Shown piece by piece: positions 18,485-27,718 of a stretch of DNA of 64,000 nucleotides. The translations under genes and the position numbers were made by a program. Source of the DNA: Spirochaetia bacterium (GTDB lineage: Bacteria > Spirochaetota > Spirochaetia > DSM-2461); assembly GCA_963666985.2 (NCBI GenBank), contig CAXXIA010000002.1, forward strand, positions 1,152,001-1,216,000. Direction: 5' to 3'. The stretch's first letter is position 1. Every line of letters starts with the position of its first letter. The notes beneath the pieces are model-generated. The model was not told the DNA's origin, ran no database searches, and saw nothing but the letters and a program-made list of their open reading frames with translations.

Positions 18485-19906
18485 TTGACCGCCGCCGGTT
18501 CGATTCGACTTCGTTTTTTCTTCCTCGCCGTTCTTTTTATCCTCGTCTCAACGGCTTTGTCGGCCCATCCCCACATGTGGATACAAAGCGAACTCATCCC
18601 AGTTCTCGGACCCGGAGGACTCGAAGCCGTGGACGTCCGCTGGGTATTCGATGAATTCAGCAGCGCAACCATTATCGAAGGTTTTGACGAAGATAAAAAC
18701 GGGATTCTCGATGAGAAGGAAATTGAAGAGGCAAAACAGAAAACTTTCGTCCACCTTTTTGCCGATGAATATTATCTCGCCGTCGATGTCGGAGGGCTTC
18801 TGGGCACACCGCTGGAAGCTCGGGACTTCTTCGCGGAAATAACGGACAATCGTGCTGCGTATTGCTTCCGTGTTCCTCTTAAAATTCCGATTCGCTGGGA
18901 AGATTTGGAAGGAACGGCCGTTTATTTCTTCGATCCCTCTTATTTCATCGACTTCCGATGCATGAACACAGGGGAAAAGACGGTTTCGTGGCAGGAACGG
19001 ACGGCCGCGTTCTCCGTATCCCGGCGTGAACTGACGACACGGGGGTACGGGAAAGTAACGGTAACCGGATTAACGGCCCGCTATAACGGTCCGGGAGCGG
19101 GTTCTCGGGATGATGAAACCGTAAAACGCCGGAAAAATCGGGATACCGGACGCATTTCATTCTCGGCGCGAATTAAAGACTGGAGCTTCTCGATGCAGGA
19201 ACGGCTGGCCTCCTACACCCGGCGCATGGTGGACAACAGGGATTCCGGTGCTTTCTGGACGGCGGCGGCTCTGGCGCTGCTCTTCGGACTCATCCATGTG
19301 CTGGGACCGGGACACGGCAAATCCTTTACACTGGCGTATTTTTCCTCACAGAACGCAAAGCTCCCGGAGGGATTGGCCCTCAGCGCCCTCATCAATATCC
19401 TGGACGCCCTCTCGGCCTTGCTCTTGGTGGGCGTTACCTACGGCATTCTCTCTTTGACGATTCAGACCACCGGAGCGGCGGCCGGACGGATAACCCGCAT
19501 CATCGCCTATTCGGCTGTAATCCTCCTGGGACTGGGGAACCTGGCGGCCGGGATTCTTGAAAAAGTGCGCGGTGAGAAAACCTCCGGCGACCGGCGCGGG
19601 CGGAAATTAAAGCCTTGGATGCTGGCCGTTACCGTCGGTCTGGTTCCCTGCCCGGTGAGTTCGGCGCTGCTGGCCTACGGCATCGCCGAAGGAACTCTGG
19701 GATTCAGCCTGATTCTCGTGGCCGCCGTGTCGATCGGCGGCATGATCGCCTTAAGCCTTTTCAGCTTCGCCGTAATCGGAGGCAAGGCGGCTTTGTCGCT
19801 CGCCCTGCGCAGCGGCGGCCTGGAGAAAGGACTCGAATGGTTCGAAATTTTGTCCATGGGGGCTCTGGCGGCCTTCGGCGTCATCCTGCTGATCGGAACC
19901 GTCTAA
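18485..19906 (+). CDS. DUF1007-like periplasmic domain fused to an RcnA/NicO-type Ni/Co/Zn transporter domain
   Basis: Signal peptide then HPHMWI, W.FDEF, FDPSYF (DUF1007-like); C-half HVLGPGHGK and GLVPCP with TM helices. Confidence 0.8.
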   Translation: MTAAGSIRLRFFFLAVLFILVSTALSAHPHMWIQSELIPVLGPGGLEAVDVRWVFDEFSSATIIEGFDEDKNGILDEKEIEEAKQKTFVHLFADEYYLAVDVGGLLGTPLEARDFFAEITDNRAAYCFRVPLKIPIRWEDLEGTAVYFFDPSYFIDFRCMNTGEKTVSWQERTAAFSVSRRELTTRGYGKVTVTGLTARYNGPGAGSRDDETVKRRKNRDTGRISFSARIKDWSFSMQERLASYTRRMVDNRDSGAFWTAAALALLFGLIHVLGPGHGKSFTLAYFSSQNAKLPEGLALSALINILDALSALLLVGVTYGILSLTIQTTGAAAGRITRIIAYSAVILLGLGNLAAGILEKVRGEKTSGDRRGRKLKPWMLAVTVGLVPCPVSSALLAYGIAEGTLGFSLILVAAVSIGGMIALSLFSFAVIGGKAALSLALRSGGLEKGLEWFEILSMGALAAFGVILLIGTV

Positions 19907-20400
19907 CAGGCTGTTTCTTCCGTTACAAAAACACCTTCGGTTCGATCCTTACGGGCATTCTTCCAGCCGAGGACACGGCCGTTCATCGCGATCCATGTCC
20001 CGTTTTCCAACAATGAAGAAGCCATTACAGCCGAACCCAGATTGAATAAAGCATCCGACTTCGCCACCGAATACGGCACCATGGCGCCTGTAAGGATGAT
20101 ACATTTCGAAAGAGATGCGGCGCCGATCAGACGAGCGGTTTCCGTCATTGTGTCCGTTCCATGCACGATGATGATTCGATTCTCGGGAGCCCGAATGCAA
20201 GCGTCCAATACGGCACGGCGCTGATTTTCTTCCATATCGAGACTGTCTACCAGGGTAACAATCTCCAGCTCGGTATCCTCATGGATTCGTGCCGTCTTTA
20301 AGATTTCAGGAAGATGACTGTCTTCAAAAGTCAGCAGACCCCGAATGGGGTCGTACTGTTTATCAAATGTTCCGCCTGTGGCAATGATGCGTAAAGCCAT
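19903..20400 (-). CDS. Short asparaginase-domain protein
   Basis: ATGGTFDK, DSLDM, HGTDTM, LTGAM; N-terminal domain only. Confidence 0.88.
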   Translation of the reverse strand: MALRIIATGGTFDKQYDPIRGLLTFEDSHLPEILKTARIHEDTELEIVTLVDSLDMEENQRRAVLDACIRAPENRIIIVHGTDTMTETARLIGAASLSKCIILTGAMVPYSVAKSDALFNLGSAVMASSLLENGTWIAMNGRVLGWKNARKDRTEGVFVTEETAC

Positions 20401-20465
20401 AGAGGGAAGATAACACCATCACGGTTATCGACAAAAGCACTCTCCGGTGAGTTTCTTGCTTTCGA

Positions 20466-21692
20466 CTATTCCAAAGAGCCGAAAAGGATCTTCCCCCGCT
20501 TTACAACGGCTTTTCGGGCCGCGCCGATGCGCAGGGCTTCGAGAACGCTCGGCGCTTCAAAGACGACGAAATCGGCCGGATTCCCGGCTTCGATGCCATA
20601 ATCGTCGAGGTTCATAATCCGCGCGGCGGTTGATGTAACCGCGCCGAACATCGTTTCCAGTTCGGAGGTTCCCATCATATGGGCGATGTGCGCCGCCATC
20701 CGGGCAACGTCAAACATGTCGGCATTGCCCAAAGGATACCAGGGATCTTCATTGCAGTCCTGAGCACAGGCCACATCCAGTCCGGCGGCGATGAAATCCT
20801 TAATCGGCGCCATCGCCCGCGGAGAAGGATGATGGAAATGACCGCCCAGGTGAATATTGATGAGAGGATTCACAATCACGGCCAGGCCGGCGCCGGCCAT
20901 CAGGGGAATGAGCTTCCGATGCAGGTAGTACGGATCCATCATGGCCGTGGCGGTAATGTGGGAAGCCGCCACCCTTCCGGCCAGGCCGCGCCGCCGGGTT
21001 TCTTCCGCCAGCACTTCCACGTGACGCGAGTGGGGATCGTCGCTTTCATCACAGTGAATATCAACCAAAAGACCGCGATTCTCGGCGATGTCCATCAGCC
21101 TCTCCAGGCTCCGCCATCCAAGCTCGAGAGTCCGTTCGTTATGGGGGATGCCGCCCACGACGTCCACTCCCATGTCGAGCGCTTTAAGCAGCTGGGCTTC
21201 GGTTTCCGGTGTTCCGAAAAAGCCGTCCTGCGGAAAGGCGACCAGTTGGATATCGATGCGGTCCTTCCACTTTTCCCGGATATGAAGGAGTCCTTCGACG
21301 CCGCGAAGCGCCGGATCGGAAACATCCACATGGCTCCGAACGGCAAGCAGTCCTTGAGATACGGCGCGTTCACAGTATTCGTCCACGCGGGTAACGACGT
21401 CCTCGACGCCGAGCTTTGTTGCTTTATAGACGCCCCAGTTGTCGATGCCCTCGCGAAGAGTGCCGGAAGCGTTGGGGATGCGGGTAAGAACCGAATCAAG
21501 GTGAAAGTGGGCATCGACAAAGGGCGGGGAGATCAAAAGTCCCTTCATGTCGAAATGCCGGGAGGGTTCGGAGACGGTATCGGAGCGCGCGGCTTCGGGG
21601 ATCACCCTTGAAAACACTCCGCTTTCAACAACGATATCCGTCAGTCCATCCTGTCCGGGGATGCGGCAATTCTTCAGTTTATAATCGGTCAT
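20466..21692 (-). CDS. codA: Cytosine deaminase-like amidohydrolase
   Basis: DAHFHLD, RSHVD, VAFPQDG, VVGGIPH.E, DIHCDE.DDP, QD...DPWYPLG. Confidence 0.85.
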   Translation of the reverse strand: MTDYKLKNCRIPGQDGLTDIVVESGVFSRVIPEAARSDTVSEPSRHFDMKGLLISPPFVDAHFHLDSVLTRIPNASGTLREGIDNWGVYKATKLGVEDVVTRVDEYCERAVSQGLLAVRSHVDVSDPALRGVEGLLHIREKWKDRIDIQLVAFPQDGFFGTPETEAQLLKALDMGVDVVGGIPHNERTLELGWRSLERLMDIAENRGLLVDIHCDESDDPHSRHVEVLAEETRRRGLAGRVAASHITATAMMDPYYLHRKLIPLMAGAGLAVIVNPLINIHLGGHFHHPSPRAMAPIKDFIAAGLDVACAQDCNEDPWYPLGNADMFDVARMAAHIAHMMGTSELETMFGAVTSTAARIMNLDDYGIEAGNPADFVVFEAPSVLEALRIGAARKAVVKRGKILFGSLE

Positions 21693-21852
21693 GGCTTCCT
21701 CTCATAGGAAATTACTCTACGAAGGGGCCGTGAATGCGTCAATCGAAGAATTTCTTCCGGCCCATATCAAAAAAACATGAAAGAAGACACCTTTTTTCCA
21801 ACACTCAAGAAGAAATAACAAACTTTTAACACAGAGGTTTCATCATGCCGCC

Positions 21853-23676
21853 ATGCGAATCGCCGGAGAAGATTCAGCCGTGCTGGCCGTCTCGAATAAA
21901 GTTTCAGCGGAAACTTCCATCCGTAAGATCATACGCAATAAAAATATTCAGGTGCTGTATCAGCCGATCGTCGACGCGGGGGCCGTTCGGATTCTCGGTT
22001 ACGAAGCTCTGGTTAGAGGGCCTTCGGACTCGCCTCTTCATTCTCCATTGGTTCTTTTCGGCGCGGCCTCCGATCAAGGCTGTCTTATGGAACTTGAGCG
22101 AATGGTTATAGAAGAAGCGCTCAGAGGTTTTGCGTCTCAACGGCTTTCGGGGAAAATATTCCTTAATCTCACGATGAATTCATTTCGCGAAGTGGATACC
22201 CTCATCCATCCGCTTTTGAATCTTCTTCACGAACTTTCGATCCTTCCCGCTTCGGTTGTTATCGAACTTACCGAAACTCAGCCGAGCTTCGAGGCCGACG
22301 AGATGCAGGATGTAACGAAGATTCTTCGCAATCAAGGTTTGATGGTCGCTTTGGACGATCTCGGAGAGGGATTCGCGGGACTGAAGCGCTGGTCCGTCGT
22401 GAAACCGGATTTTGTGAAAGCCGACAGGCATTTCATCGACGGCATCCATCAGGATCCGATAAAGCAGCAGTTTCTGCGCTCCATCGTCGATATCGCCAAA
22501 GTCTCCAACGCCCGCGTCATCGCCGAGGGCCTGGAACAGCCGCCCGATCTTCAAGTTCTTACGGACATCGGCGTGGATTACATCCAGGGATTCCTTATCG
22601 CCAGGCCCTCGCCGCGGCCTCCCGGACATTTAACGCCGGCCGTGGAGAAGGCGTTCGCCAATCAGATTGTCCGCTATCATCCGATGGATTGGAACAGAAA
22701 TTACAATCGGAAGGTTACGGCATTCGATTTGGCGCATCCCGCCCGTACCGTAAAAGAAGATACTTTGGTCGTTGAAGTCCTGGAGGCTTTCCAGAGCGCC
22801 TCGGAACTCAACGCCCTTCCCGTTCTTGATAATGAACGAAGACCCGTGGGCATTATTCGATCCATCGAATTCCTGCAGACGGCGAGCAAGCCGTATTTTC
22901 ACGACATATACGGTAAGAAAAGCTGCTCGGTACTCATGGATCCTTCGCCGCTTATTTTCGACTGCTCCGTGGAACTTCATGCGGTTTCGGAAGTCGTGGC
23001 GGGTCTTTCGGAACGCTTCCTCGCGGACGGATTTCTTGTAACGCGCGAAGGCCGCTACATCGGCTCGGGAAAGGCGACCGAACTCGTTAAGGCGGTCTCC
23101 GATATGCAGATTTTCGCCGCCAAGTACTCGAATCCGTTAACGCTTCTTCCGGGCAACGTGCCTATCGACGAGCATATCAATTCCCTGCTGGTTCAAGGGT
23201 GCGATTTTGTCGTGGTCTATTGGGATTTAAACTCATTCAAACCCTACAACGATGTGTACGGTTATGCCGCCGGAGATGATGTTATTAAGATGACCGCCGA
23301 TGTCTTGAAGAATATCAATGATCCGAATCTCGATTTCCTGGGGCATATCGGCGGAGATGATTTCGTCTCCATTTTTCTATCCGATGACTGGGAGCGGAGG
23401 ATTCGGGAAGCCTTGAAAAACTTCTCCGTCCGAATCGACGGTTTCTTAAGAAAAGAGCACCTGGAAGTCGGCGGATACGATACGGTCAACCGGGAAGGGA
23501 ATGTGGTTCGGCACAACGCGGTGACTTTGGCCGCCGGTGTTCTTGAAGTACGGGAGGGAATGTTCAACTACCCCAATCAAGTCTCCCAAGCTGTTACCGA
23601 TGCAAAGAAAATGGCAAAAGCGATGGACGGGAATGCTTATTTCATCGAAAGGCGGGGAAGGAAGAAGGATTCCTAA
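21853..23676 (+). CDS. EAL-CBS-GGDEF c-di-GMP signalling protein
   Basis: YQPI, YEALVR, IELTE, ALDD.G.G, IAEG.E, QGFL; NPLT.LPGN, YNDVYG..AGD, HIGGDDF. Confidence 0.92.
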   Translation: MRIAGEDSAVLAVSNKVSAETSIRKIIRNKNIQVLYQPIVDAGAVRILGYEALVRGPSDSPLHSPLVLFGAASDQGCLMELERMVIEEALRGFASQRLSGKIFLNLTMNSFREVDTLIHPLLNLLHELSILPASVVIELTETQPSFEADEMQDVTKILRNQGLMVALDDLGEGFAGLKRWSVVKPDFVKADRHFIDGIHQDPIKQQFLRSIVDIAKVSNARVIAEGLEQPPDLQVLTDIGVDYIQGFLIARPSPRPPGHLTPAVEKAFANQIVRYHPMDWNRNYNRKVTAFDLAHPARTVKEDTLVVEVLEAFQSASELNALPVLDNERRPVGIIRSIEFLQTASKPYFHDIYGKKSCSVLMDPSPLIFDCSVELHAVSEVVAGLSERFLADGFLVTREGRYIGSGKATELVKAVSDMQIFAAKYSNPLTLLPGNVPIDEHINSLLVQGCDFVVVYWDLNSFKPYNDVYGYAAGDDVIKMTADVLKNINDPNLDFLGHIGGDDFVSIFLSDDWERRIREALKNFSVRIDGFLRKEHLEVGGYDTVNREGNVVRHNAVTLAAGVLEVREGMFNYPNQVSQAVTDAKKMAKAMDGNAYFIERRGRKKDS

Positions 23677-23698
23677 GAGGCACTTTCGGCCGGTTCAA

Positions 23699-24346
23699 TT
23701 AGGCGGAAAACACACCGCAAGGAAGCTTTTCAATACAAACGGTAAAATCATTATCCAAATACCGTTTGTTAAAAGAAATTCGACAGGATTCGAATTGTAC
23801 GCCGCTGAGAATGGTTTGAACCCGCTCTTCCGTTGTATACCAGTAGACGCGTTCCTTACAGCAGGATGATTCGTGCAGAAGATTGAATATGATCTTTTCC
23901 CGGCCGATTTCCAAAAACAGTTCCACGGCCCGTTTCAGAAATCTTTCATTATTACCCAGCTGAATATTGAAAATCCCGGAAGAATAAATAATGTCGAATT
24001 CATTGATGCCGAAGGGATTCTTTTTAAAAATATCAACACGGCGAAAATCGGCATCATATTTGGCGGCGGCTCGATCTACCATCTCCTCGATAATATCAAT
24101 TCCGGTATAATCGCAGTTGATATTCCGTTCCCGCAGATATCCGTAGAGATTTCCCAGGCCGCAGCCGACATCAAGGATTGATTTTCCCCGGCAGTCCGCC
24201 AGTTCGGTAAAAACCTGAAATCTTGATTCCTGCGCCTGCCTGGACTCCCAGCCGAGAATCGCATAATCATCAAGTGAATAATCTTTTAGCCGGGGTGCAT
24301 AATATTGGGAAATAGCTTCAAAGCGCTTTTTTTCAAACATTGGCAT
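23699..24346 (-). CDS. Class I SAM-dependent methyltransferase
   Basis: GWES...Q..RF, LDVGCGLG, YTGIDI, SGIFN. Confidence 0.88.
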   Translation of the reverse strand: MPMFEKKRFEAISQYYAPRLKDYSLDDYAILGWESRQAQESRFQVFTELADCRGKSILDVGCGLGNLYGYLRERNINCDYTGIDIIEEMVDRAAAKYDADFRRVDIFKKNPFGINEFDIIYSSGIFNIQLGNNERFLKRAVELFLEIGREKIIFNLLHESSCCKERVYWYTTEERVQTILSGVQFESCRISFNKRYLDNDFTVCIEKLPCGVFSA

Positions 24347-24463
24347 TAACCTAACTGGAAAACTAATATTTCACCAGTGGATGTGTGCCGGTAATCCGAA
24401 TAATTTCTATCCGAGGCTCTTCACAAGAGACACGCCGAACCGCGAGCCTCTTTCGGCAGGCTG

Positions 24464-25231
24464 CTAGTGAAGTTTCCCGTGATATTCGGCAATCTGCTGT
24501 TCCATCCAGGAAGCCGCTTTCTCCATCATTTCGTCCAGTTCCTCTTTGGGAAAGCCGGCATCGCCTGTGGGTTTCGGCGGATAGATTGGTTCTCCGAAAA
24601 CTTGAGTAAGCTTTACCCAGGCCGGCCCCATCGTTCTGCCTCGAAACTTCCGGCGGCGGATAAGGTAGACCATGGGCAGTATTGGAGCCTGATGGATATA
24701 AGACATATAAAATGCCCCGGGCCGAAAACGGTGGATGGTTTGGCTAAGAAACACCAGTTCGCCTTCGGGTAAAAACATCACATGATGCCCTTTTTTAAGG
24801 ACTTCTCCCAAAGGCTTGGTGATCATTTTCAAACCGGCCGGACTTGAAGGAATCGGCAAGGCTCTGAGTCCTCTGAGAAGCAGCCGAACAAAAGGAACTT
24901 CATAATTCCGCTGAACGACGGTAATAAAGAGTTTTCGCGGAAATAATCGATAACTGGCCAGAACGGTATCGAAATAATGACAATGATTTGAAATCAGGAT
25001 ATGTCCCTGAGTTTTTAGGCCGCGAAGATTTTTGCGCCCTCTGATTGATAAAGTGAAAAAAAGTGCTGAGAGAAAACTGAGGAAGCAAACAATAAGAAAT
25101 AACGGTAAAACCGCCAAATCATACCAGAATCCCGTATATACGAATTTATACGGTTTGGAAAAATCAATTTTCTTTTTTGCGTTGTTTACCGGAATAATCT
25201 CGTCTTCAGGAACCTCGGGTCGGTCTTTCAT
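24464..25231 (-). CDS. Lysophospholipid/1-acylglycerol-3-phosphate acyltransferase (PlsC-like)
   Basis: NHCHYFD (HX4D), FLPEG, F.PGAF, PILP. Confidence 0.88.
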   Translation of the reverse strand: MKDRPEVPEDEIIPVNNAKKKIDFSKPYKFVYTGFWYDLAVLPLFLIVCFLSFLSALFFTLSIRGRKNLRGLKTQGHILISNHCHYFDTVLASYRLFPRKLFITVVQRNYEVPFVRLLLRGLRALPIPSSPAGLKMITKPLGEVLKKGHHVMFLPEGELVFLSQTIHRFRPGAFYMSYIHQAPILPMVYLIRRRKFRGRTMGPAWVKLTQVFGEPIYPPKPTGDAGFPKEELDEMMEKAASWMEQQIAEYHGKLH

Positions 25232-25245
25232 GGTTATGTTCCTAA

Positions 25246-26427
25246 TTATGTTCCTATAGCGATACCGGGTGAAAGAACATATTCGGCTGATTCTTGATTA
25301 TGAGCAATGAGATCGTCAAACAATATTTCCATTTCATCAATGCATTTTTTCATCCGATAACGTTCCGCCATCTTCAATACCCGGCTTCTTTCGGCGGCAA
25401 GTTCCTCTCTGCGTTCAAACCAGTAGTCGATCTTTTTTCCCAATTCAACGGCATTATCCATCTGAAAAATAAAACGTTCATCCGGCGCGAATTGAGGAGC
25501 GGCACTGTTGGGTGAATCACCGATCAGACAAGGGGTTCCGCAGCCGATGGCCTCAAGACAGGAGAGACTTTCCAATTCCACAACGGAAGAATGGAGGTAA
25601 AGATCGGCGGTGCTCAGATAGGTCAGCTTATCTTCATTGCTGATGTATTCGATCAGAGGTTTTACCGGAAGTTCTTCGCCTCTTTTGCGAAGCTTCTCCG
25701 AATCCTCGCCTTTACCGGCCAAGATCAGCTGAATTCGGTCTTTGTAACGCGAATGAAGCACTCCGTCGATAAGCAGTTCCTGACGTTTTTCCATCGCATG
25801 ACGGCCGATGTTCAGAATCACGAATTTATCGCCGAACCATTCCGGACGTTTTTGCCCCGAGGGTTCATATTCCCGCGGAATCCCATTGGAGATCACACGG
25901 AAATGAGAACCGCTGCCGTGGTCTTCTAAAAGTTTCGCGGCGAATTCCGAAGGGCAGTGAAGAACATCGACATGGTTGTAAAGGCAGAAGTTGAACACCT
26001 TAAAAAGCATCTCTTCCATAAAGGGGCTTTCCTTCCCCGCGGCGGAAATGATGTTCTGGGGCTGCAGATGGCAGGCGCCCATGACCGGGATGTTCATTTG
26101 CCGGGCGACATTCACCGCTTTGCGGGCAAGAAACGTAGGGAACTGGGTCATGACCAGATCCGCGCCTTTAAAGGCTTTCTTCAATACGTTCTTTTTGGCT
26201 TTGCCGAAAAGGAACCCCATGCTTTCCATGGCTTCCCGAACGCCGGGAAGGTAATATCCGGGAACGTTGTACAGATCACCTTCATATTGGTCGGCGTTGG
26301 TGGTGACAATGGTAAAGGTGTAACCGCGTTCTTCCAGTTCCTTCACCATTCTGCGGGTGGCGACAATGGCGCCGTTTCCTTCGGCCCAGCTGTCGATGAC
26401 GATAACGATCTTCTTGGGGGTAGGCAT
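25246..26427 (-). CDS. Glycosyltransferase family 4 (probable glycolipid synthase)
   Basis: NGA..AT, PS.F, ISNGI, GR...EK, E.ESLSCLEA..CG.P; SD GGAGG. Confidence 0.88.
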   Translation of the reverse strand: MPTPKKIVIVIDSWAEGNGAIVATRRMVKELEERGYTFTIVTTNADQYEGDLYNVPGYYLPGVREAMESMGFLFGKAKKNVLKKAFKGADLVMTQFPTFLARKAVNVARQMNIPVMGACHLQPQNIISAAGKESPFMEEMLFKVFNFCLYNHVDVLHCPSEFAAKLLEDHGSGSHFRVISNGIPREYEPSGQKRPEWFGDKFVILNIGRHAMEKRQELLIDGVLHSRYKDRIQLILAGKGEDSEKLRKRGEELPVKPLIEYISNEDKLTYLSTADLYLHSSVVELESLSCLEAIGCGTPCLIGDSPNSAAPQFAPDERFIFQMDNAVELGKKIDYWFERREELAAERSRVLKMAERYRMKKCIDEMEILFDDLIAHNQESAEYVLSPGIAIGT

Positions 26428-26657
26428 GGGGCTTGCCTCCTTCAAAAAAGTTTATTGTGACATTTTAAAGATTTTGTCGAAAGAAATCCATGCGGCGGCG
26501 CCCCATATAGAAGGCATACTGCCGATAGAACCTTACTTTTAGCTTTTACCGCCGCGGAATCTTTTCACGGCCGCTGTTATCAGTATTCCATCGCCTGGGA
26601 TTTCAACGCCGGATATTCCGCCGGCGAAATTTCAGCGCGGGGGTTGGGACTTATTAA

Positions 26658-27290
26658 TCATCGGATAAAGCTGAATACAATAAGGAACTGCGCCGCTATA
26701 TAGGTACTCATTACAACCCAGAATGAACCGGAGAGCCGCTTACGGAAGTGGTCGATGCTGAGGATTCCATCGGAAATCAGAAATAAAACCGATCCCGGAA
26801 AAGCCCAGAAGGCCAAAGCGCTCCCTCCGGAAAGCCAACGGAAAAGAGCCGCCGTGCTCATCAGCGACAGAACGATACTGTACAAAACAATCGCCGGAAG
26901 CATTTTCCCGGCATCCTTTTTCAGATAGAGAATAATCGCCACCAGGAAAGGAAGATAAAAAAGAGACAGAAAAAACCGGCCGCGGCTCAGCATCGACCAA
27001 TGGATTTGATCGGCCAAGGCCAAGATATAAAAGATATGTCCGCAAAAAAACATAAGCAAACCGGAAAGAAACCAGCGCGGCTTCTTATCCCGAATCAGCA
27101 GAAGATCTCCAATATAACCGAATGCCAAACCGCATATCAGCAAGACATTCACCGCCCCGGCATGAACAGTAAAATAAACAAGCGCCACGGAAGGCATCAG
27201 CAGACCTTTGGTCAGGCTTTGCCACGGAGAATGAGAAATGGACAGCAGATGAATCAACGCGATGAAACCGAAAATAAAATAAACAGTCAT
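26658..27290 (-). CDS. Lysoplasmalogenase-like (YhhN/TMEM86) membrane protein
   Basis: TKGLLMP, GDLLL, F..GH..Y, LF.ISD, VMSTY.AAQ. Confidence 0.87.
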   Translation of the reverse strand: MTVYFIFGFIALIHLLSISHSPWQSLTKGLLMPSVALVYFTVHAGAVNVLLICGLAFGYIGDLLLIRDKKPRWFLSGLLMFFCGHIFYILALADQIHWSMLSRGRFFLSLFYLPFLVAIILYLKKDAGKMLPAIVLYSIVLSLMSTAALFRWLSGGSALAFWAFPGSVLFLISDGILSIDHFRKRLSGSFWVVMSTYIAAQFLIVFSFIR

Positions 27291-27384
27291 AACTTGAGTA
27301 TATCCCACCCGGCCGATTTTCTAATTTGTAAAAAGAGGTTCGGCGAATAAGAGTGGATCGGCTTCACACGGAGCGTTCATCAAT

Positions 27385-27418
27385 GGCACCAAACGGCCGC
27401 CCAAGGCCGTTTGGTGCC
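27385..27418. other. Perfect 14-bp stem-loop in divergent intergenic region
   Basis: GGCACCAAACGGCC-GCCCAA-GGCCGTTTGGTGCC. Confidence 0.6.
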
Positions 27419-27718
27419 CCGTTTCTCCGCGGCGGACCGCCGAATAGGGATCAAATCCCGCCGCTGATTGAGCTTCGGCAGACAGTCGGCACTCATTAGC
27501 CGCTATCGCCGATAAAAAACATAAACTCAGGAAGGACGAAACAGGCCGATTCAATCACTTAATAACAAAACTTTCGATAAAGATTTACTCGAATGGCTGG
27601 AAGAAACCTCACCATTTTTCTACAATAAATGCAATTCGGCGTATTACTCCAATAACATTTCATCTGAAATAAAAGACCGACATCCGAAACGCCGCGGATC
27701 GGTCCACAAGGAGACCAA

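Noticed and set aside
19903..20400. Short asparaginase as a truncated pseudogene
   Set aside because: Clean start and stop with intact catalytic Thr motifs; single-domain short asparaginases are a known form
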